Of a DNA stretch of 64,000 bases, positions 58,905 through 64,000 are shown piece after piece (the stretch's first letter is position 1; every line of letters starts with the position of its first letter). Below the pieces are notes generated by a model. That model had not been told where the DNA came from and did not search any database. It was given only the letters and a program-made list of their open reading frames with translations. The stretch covers positions 32,001-96,000 of the forward strand of contig CAXXWC010000015.1 in NCBI GenBank assembly GCA_963668645.2, in the 5' to 3' direction. A program made the position numbers and the translations under genes. Source of the DNA: Desulfobacterales bacterium (GTDB taxonomy: Bacteria; Desulfobacterota; Desulfobacteria; Desulfobacterales; UBA2174).

Positions 58905-59981
58905 TTACGCCTCTTCAATACAGCCGCCGGGGACATCGCCAAGCGTGGCGAACCGCCAGGGCTTGAGGCGGGCGTGGCGCTGCCACAGTGCCCGGCAGGC
59001 GGCATCGAGGGGTTGCACGGTGCTCAGAACATCAACAAAGTCGTCCGGGAGCCCCTCGTTGTCGATTTCCCAACGCCCTGCCATCCAGTGAGCCGCATCG
59101 AGCAAATCGAGCAGGTTGCCTCGGAAGACGCCCGCTGCGTAGGCGCCTACCGATCGCACCAGAAAACCCGGACCCAGGGTCCGCCCGCAGACCTTGATGA
59201 TGTCGGCCGATTGGCCGTAGCGTCCTGTGTCTTCAGGCCGTATGAAGGGCGAGGCGAAGATTCGGTGCGGTTCCCGCTCCAGGACCCGGATGCAGGCCAG
59301 GTCGCGGTTGAGGCGGTGGGTGTCGACGCCCATGCCGAGGTTGGCCGCCGCAATGAGGGCTTCATGGGTGGACCGGTAGGGGCAGTGTGGAAGGCAGCCC
59401 TCATTGGCCAGCAGTTCGATCTTCATTGTTGGCCAGCGCCGGCGGATCTCCCGGCTGATGACCGCAAGGGTCCCGGGGCGGCGGTTGAGGCTGCGGTCCA
59501 GCGGAATCTTTCCCGGCTCCCGGAAACCGCTGGCGGAGATCATCTCCAGCAAGGATTCCAGTTTGCCCACGCTGTCGATGCCGAAGTTGATGCTCGGCAC
59601 GGCTTCCAGGCGGCCGGCCAGCTCCGGTGCGGCATCGGCCAGTGCGGTGAGCAGGTAGCTGTCGGCGAAGATGATGCCGTCAAGGAGGCCGGCGCCGGAA
59701 AGTTGTTCCAGCCCTTCGATGATCCGGCGCATCGATTTTTCGCCGCGGTACAGGTCGGCCGGCTGAAAACGGCCGTTGGCGAGGAGATATTTCTTCGGGC
59801 CAGGCAGGCGATCGAGATGCACGGCCAGGTCCTGCGGCGATAGGCGGCGCAGCCGCACGCGCGCATCGCACAGAGACGGATCGTACAGCCCGAAGTGAAC
59901 GGCGTGGATCTGCGACCCCAGCTTTTCCAGAAAGCGCACGTAGGAGGCATCGGGCAGAAAGGGGACGTCAAGGGGCAGCAT
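58905..59981 (-). CDS. Peptidase U32-like (Fe-S) protein
   Basis: ELLANEGCLPHCPYR...C, FIRPED, KVCGR. Confidence 0.7.
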   Translation of the reverse strand: MLPLDVPFLPDASYVRFLEKLGSQIHAVHFGLYDPSLCDARVRLRRLSPQDLAVHLDRLPGPKKYLLANGRFQPADLYRGEKSMRRIIEGLEQLSGAGLLDGIIFADSYLLTALADAAPELAGRLEAVPSINFGIDSVGKLESLLEMISASGFREPGKIPLDRSLNRRPGTLAVISREIRRRWPTMKIELLANEGCLPHCPYRSTHEALIAAANLGMGVDTHRLNRDLACIRVLEREPHRIFASPFIRPEDTGRYGQSADIIKVCGRTLGPGFLVRSVGAYAAGVFRGNLLDLLDAAHWMAGRWEIDNEGLPDDFVDVLSTVQPLDAACRALWQRHARLKPWRFATLGDVPGGCIEEA

Positions 59982-60096
59982 GGCGATTTCTACCTCCCGG
60001 GCCGCTTCATCGCTGAAACGGCTGCATCTTTAGTAATTCAGCTTCACCCACAAATCCGCCGAGGTGCCAAAGTAGCGCCCTATCCGCTCCTGCCGC

Positions 60097-61101
60097 TTAC
60101 TCCCCAACAAGGCAGCGTTGCAGCCGCGGCATGATTTCGTCCGACTCGACGCCCCAGCCGATGAACGCCAGGCGAGTGCCCTGCTCGCCGTCCCAGTCCT
60201 TGAAGGCGGCCTGCCCGCCGACGTAATTCAGCAGCACGGTCTTGTCCGCGTAGCGCACCGGTCCCTTGATTCGAAAAAGGGCAAACGGAACCTGCGCCAG
60301 AAACTGCTCAAAACAATCCACATTGAAAGGCTGCTCGCTCTCGAAGGAGAAAGCTTTGAACCCGGCCTCCTCGGCAACGACCCCGCCGCCTGCAGCAACC
60401 GCACCACCCCCACCCGTTGAGGCCGTATCGGCCTGGGGCCGCAGCTGGTAAAACCGCATCGGCATAATACCGAACACCTTGGGTTTGGGCTTTAGCCAAA
60501 GCGCCTCGGGATCGATCCGGCAGTGTTGCGTGGGAACGACCTGGCAGTTGGGGATCGACTCATGCAGCTCCTGCAGATATTGCGGAATCTGATCCTCGTC
60601 CAGCAGGTCGATCTTGTTGAGCAAAATAAGGTGGGCCGCCTCCAACTGATTATGGAACAGCGGGCCGAAGGCTTCCCGGGCCTCCCAGAAATCGGCGTCC
60701 AAGACAGTCACGATTTTTTCCAGCACCATTATTTCACGCAACTGTTCCTGGTTTAGAACCTCACGAACAGCGGCGGGATCCGCCACACCCGAGGATTCGA
60801 TAAAGATCCGGCGCGGGTGAAAGCGATCCCATAGATCACGTAAACACAGCGTCAAACCGGTCTTTAAGGTGCAACAGATACAACCGCTGGTCATCTCGAT
60901 AACATCGGTTGCAGCATCCTTCAGCAGGGCGCCGTCAATGCCCACCTCACCGAATTCATTGACGATCACCACCGTATCGGAGAGGTCGGTGTGCCACGAC
61001 AGGATCTCCTTTAACAGGGTGGTTTTGCCGGCGCCCAGAAATCCGGACAGTAAAATTACATGGGCCTGATCGTCGGGTGTGGTGTCCTCAGGGGACGTCA
61101 T
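60097..61101 (-). CDS. CobW/COG0523 metallochaperone GTPase
   Basis: GFLGAGKTT, NEFGEVGID, GCICC, ESSG, NKID. Confidence 0.92.
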   Translation of the reverse strand: MTSPEDTTPDDQAHVILLSGFLGAGKTTLLKEILSWHTDLSDTVVIVNEFGEVGIDGALLKDAATDVIEMTSGCICCTLKTGLTLCLRDLWDRFHPRRIFIESSGVADPAAVREVLNQEQLREIMVLEKIVTVLDADFWEAREAFGPLFHNQLEAAHLILLNKIDLLDEDQIPQYLQELHESIPNCQVVPTQHCRIDPEALWLKPKPKVFGIMPMRFYQLRPQADTASTGGGGAVAAGGGVVAEEAGFKAFSFESEQPFNVDCFEQFLAQVPFALFRIKGPVRYADKTVLLNYVGGQAAFKDWDGEQGTRLAFIGWGVESDEIMPRLQRCLVGE

Positions 61102-61149
61102 CGGTTCTCTCCTTCTTTGATGCGGTTCAAAAAGCGAGGCAAAAAACCG

Positions 61150-62448
61150 TCACCTGCCGGGATTGCCGTCGCCAACGGCACAGGTCAGCGTTACCCCGAG
61201 ACCTGGATCCACACGCTCCCAGTCGAAGTCTTCCACCGGAATCGGGATGCGCGAATTGGCGATCAGGGTCGAAAAGGTGCGGCGCCAAATCCTTTCGGAT
61301 CCGTAGCGAGCTTCCAGGGTCGCTCGCTTCACCGTGTGGGCCAGCTGGATCGAAACGCCGGCGGAAAACCAGGAGGTACGGCATTTTCCGGCCTGCTCGA
61401 GCGTGAGCCGCTGGGGAACCACGTATCGGATCGGCGCCTGGGCCCTCAACGCGATGACGCCCTCCTTTGGCCGCTCGGGAAACCGGTGCCGCTTCAAAAT
61501 GCTGCCGGCCGCGCGTCTTCCCTCCAGGGCGCATAGATCGTGCATGTCGGCGCCGCGAAGGATGTTGCCGGCCGCGAAAATGTTGCGCTGCGAGGTTTCC
61601 AGGCTCATATCCACCACCGGTGCCGCGGTCAGCGGCTCGGCCTCGATGGCGGTGCCCAGGACCAGGGCGCTATCCGGCAGAAACTGGCCTGTAACCACCA
61701 GGGTATCGCATGCCATGGAAGAGACCGCGCCGTTTCGGACCCACTCGATGCCTTCCACCCGCTTGGCCCCCGCAACCGCTTTGACCGAAGTGCCGGTGTA
61801 GACGGGAAACCCCAGGTACCGGCTCAGGGCCTGCGAGACGACGGGATAGGTTTGAACCGCGCTGTCCGGTTCGACCATGGCCGCGATGTCCACTCCGGCG
61901 TGCCTGAGGGTCATGGCAGCAGAAAAGGCCACGTGTTCACTGCCGATGATCACCGCCCGCGTGCCGGGTTTGAGATGCTGCAGGTTGACCATTTTCTGAA
62001 GGCTGCCGGTGGTGAAGATCCCCGCCGGACGGGTGCCGGGAATATACCGTTTTTCCCTGGAGCTTTCGCAGCATCCGGTGGCGAGCAGCAAAAAGCGGCA
62101 GGCATAGGTTTTCAGCCCCTCGGGTGAAACCGTCCGTATGCGGTGCAGTTCGCCGGCAGTTCCCGGCACCACCTCGAGCACCGTTGTGCAGGTGTGGATA
62201 TCGACCGCTGTCTTGCGGATCAGGTCGTTCAACCGGCGTGCATAGGCCGCTCCCGTATAGAGCCACTTTTGATCCCGCATGCCGAAAAAAACGTGGGCAC
62301 TTCTGGGAATCCCGCCCAATGTGTCTTCGTATTCGAAAAGGCCGATCTTCAGGTTCGATCGCCGTGACAGTTCCAGACAGGCGCTGATGCCTGCCGGCCC
62401 GCCGCCCACCACCGCCACATCCATATATCCGCTGTTTTTTCCGTCCAT
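61150..62448 (-). CDS. FAD/NAD(P)-dependent oxidoreductase, paralog of 14941-16233
   Basis: Shared GGGPAG, HVFFGMRD, RPAGIFTTGSLQ, GADMHD.CALEG. Confidence 0.87.
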   Translation of the reverse strand: MDGKNSGYMDVAVVGGGPAGISACLELSRRSNLKIGLFEYEDTLGGIPRSAHVFFGMRDQKWLYTGAAYARRLNDLIRKTAVDIHTCTTVLEVVPGTAGELHRIRTVSPEGLKTYACRFLLLATGCCESSREKRYIPGTRPAGIFTTGSLQKMVNLQHLKPGTRAVIIGSEHVAFSAAMTLRHAGVDIAAMVEPDSAVQTYPVVSQALSRYLGFPVYTGTSVKAVAGAKRVEGIEWVRNGAVSSMACDTLVVTGQFLPDSALVLGTAIEAEPLTAAPVVDMSLETSQRNIFAAGNILRGADMHDLCALEGRRAAGSILKRHRFPERPKEGVIALRAQAPIRYVVPQRLTLEQAGKCRTSWFSAGVSIQLAHTVKRATLEARYGSERIWRRTFSTLIANSRIPIPVEDFDWERVDPGLGVTLTCAVGDGNPGR

Positions 62449-62478
62449 GTTTTCAACCTGGCCCGATTGCCGGATGAT

Positions 62479-63936
62479 TTACTTCCGTTTCGGGATTGCC
62501 GGATAGACTTCCTCAGACCCGCTTCCATTGCGCGTGATTTTATCCGCAGTGACCCCGAGTTCCCGGCGCATGATGTCCAAAACCTTATGGCCGCAAAAAT
62601 TGCTCTGGCACCGTCCCATCCCCGCCCGGGTGCGAAACTTGACGCCGTCGCGCGTCGTGGCCCCGCTGCGGACGGCCGCGACGATCTCGCCTTCCGACAC
62701 GGTCTCGCAGCGGCAGACGATACGCCCGTAGAGGGGATCTTCCGCGATCTGCCGGGCATACTGCCGGTCATCGAGCGTATGGATGGAAGGCTTTGCTTTG
62801 CGCAAGGGGTTGAAGTCGGTTCGTTGCTCGAGCTTCATGCCCACTGCCGGCATCACCTTTTGAACCAGGTACCTGGCCATGGCCACCGACGCGGTGAACC
62901 CCGAGGCCCCCAGCACCAGGTGGACAAAGCCCGGTGCATCCGGCGCCGGCTGGATATGGAATTCGGCTCCGGCCATGGGGATCACCCCGCAAAAAGGTTT
63001 GATCCCTTCTTGCGGTTCGAGGCCGGGGATCAGTTTCAAACAGTTGGCAACGACCCAACCATTCAGCCCTTCGGCCGTGGTCCGGTCATCTTCCAGGTCG
63101 GCCACCTCGTCCACCGCGCAGCCCAGCATGACATTGCCGTCGACCGTGGGGCAGACGAAATCGCCCACCGGGCTTTCCCCGTCCAAGGCCCTGACCAGAT
63201 GGTTCACCCGGCCGGCGCAGGCCTTGTCCATGATGATCCGCTGCATCCTCAGACCTATCAGTTGAAGGCTGTCGTCGCCCACCATACGGGCGATTTTGTC
63301 CGCGTGAATACCGGCGGCATTGATCACATACCCCGCCCGGAAAGCGCCTGCGGTCGTCTCGATCACAAAATCACCGGCCACCGTTTTACGGACCGCTTCC
63401 ACGCGGGCATTCAGGTGCAGCTCGGCCCCGTTCTCCCGTGCGTTTTCAATCAGGCCGATGGTCAGACCCCAGGGGCTCGTCACGCCGGTCGAGGGGCTGT
63501 AAAGGGCCGCGACCACCGCTTCTGACAACTGCGGCTCCATCGCTTGGAGCCGCTGCCGGTCTTCGATCAGTTCGGTTCCGGCAACGCCGTTTGCCACGGC
63601 GTCGTCCCGGATCTTTTTCAACGCCTGGCACTCCCGCGCGTCGAAGGCGACCAGCAGCTTGCCGATCCTTTTAAACGGCACCGACAACTGCCGGCAGACC
63701 TCTTCCATCATCAGGTTGCCTTCCAGCTCCCCCCGGCTGCGCAACGGGGCCCCGGGCGCGGGAAGGCCGCAATGCACGATGGCATGGCTGCCTTTGGTCG
63801 TTCCGAACGAGACGTCCGCTTCTTTTTCCAGTACCGCCACAGAAAGATCGTACCGGCTCAGTTCCCTTGCCGCCGCCGCCCCAGCGATACCCGCCCCGAT
63901 GACGATGACGTCGTATCCATCTTTGCACGCTGCCAT
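62479..63936 (-). CDS. GlpA/LhgO-like FAD oxidoreductase with BFD-like [2Fe-2S] domain, paralog of 19409-20908
   Basis: IGAGIAG, VINAAG, CRCETVSEGE...RAGMGRCQSNFC. Confidence 0.87.
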   Translation of the reverse strand: MAACKDGYDVIVIGAGIAGAAAARELSRYDLSVAVLEKEADVSFGTTKGSHAIVHCGLPAPGAPLRSRGELEGNLMMEEVCRQLSVPFKRIGKLLVAFDARECQALKKIRDDAVANGVAGTELIEDRQRLQAMEPQLSEAVVAALYSPSTGVTSPWGLTIGLIENARENGAELHLNARVEAVRKTVAGDFVIETTAGAFRAGYVINAAGIHADKIARMVGDDSLQLIGLRMQRIIMDKACAGRVNHLVRALDGESPVGDFVCPTVDGNVMLGCAVDEVADLEDDRTTAEGLNGWVVANCLKLIPGLEPQEGIKPFCGVIPMAGAEFHIQPAPDAPGFVHLVLGASGFTASVAMARYLVQKVMPAVGMKLEQRTDFNPLRKAKPSIHTLDDRQYARQIAEDPLYGRIVCRCETVSEGEIVAAVRSGATTRDGVKFRTRAGMGRCQSNFCGHKVLDIMRRELGVTADKITRNGSGSEEVYPAIPKRK

Positions 63937-64000
63937 GAACGCAGTCCTTCCGGGTGGAATCACAGGCCGTAGGCCGCCCCCGCGTTGGAAAAGCAGACCT

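Overview
GC-rich window from an anaerobe; gene content and repeat types suggest a Desulfobacterota/deltaproteobacterial sulfate reducer (inference). It is mostly catabolic and transport clusters: a Dpp-type ABC operon with an embedded methyltransferase-like gene, a TRAP/flavoprotein/acylating aldehyde dehydrogenase/HMG-CoA lyase cluster, a TAXI-TRAP/PrpD/GlcD/corrinoid methyltransferase/2-oxoacid oxidoreductase cluster, a polyamine-type ABC with proline racemase and amidohydrolase, and a frameshifted ablB next to a tandem-domain KamA-like gene. A lower-GC island (~52.6-58.8 kb) holds a complete integron (intI, attI, two cassettes with attC sites), a RAYT-like Y1 transposase interrupted by an IS3 element, and REP/MITE repeats. 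The most striking signal is absent from the ORF track: a 35-aa Ala-rich leader peptide (52380-52487, minus strand) with a full 1:2 / 2:3 / 3:4 attenuator and a second, domino-coupled terminator upstream of an AlaA-like aminotransferase, i.e. a candidate alanine-sensing ribosome-mediated attenuator. No tRNA, rRNA or CRISPR array was seen. All family assignments come from motifs recognised by eye, not from database searches.
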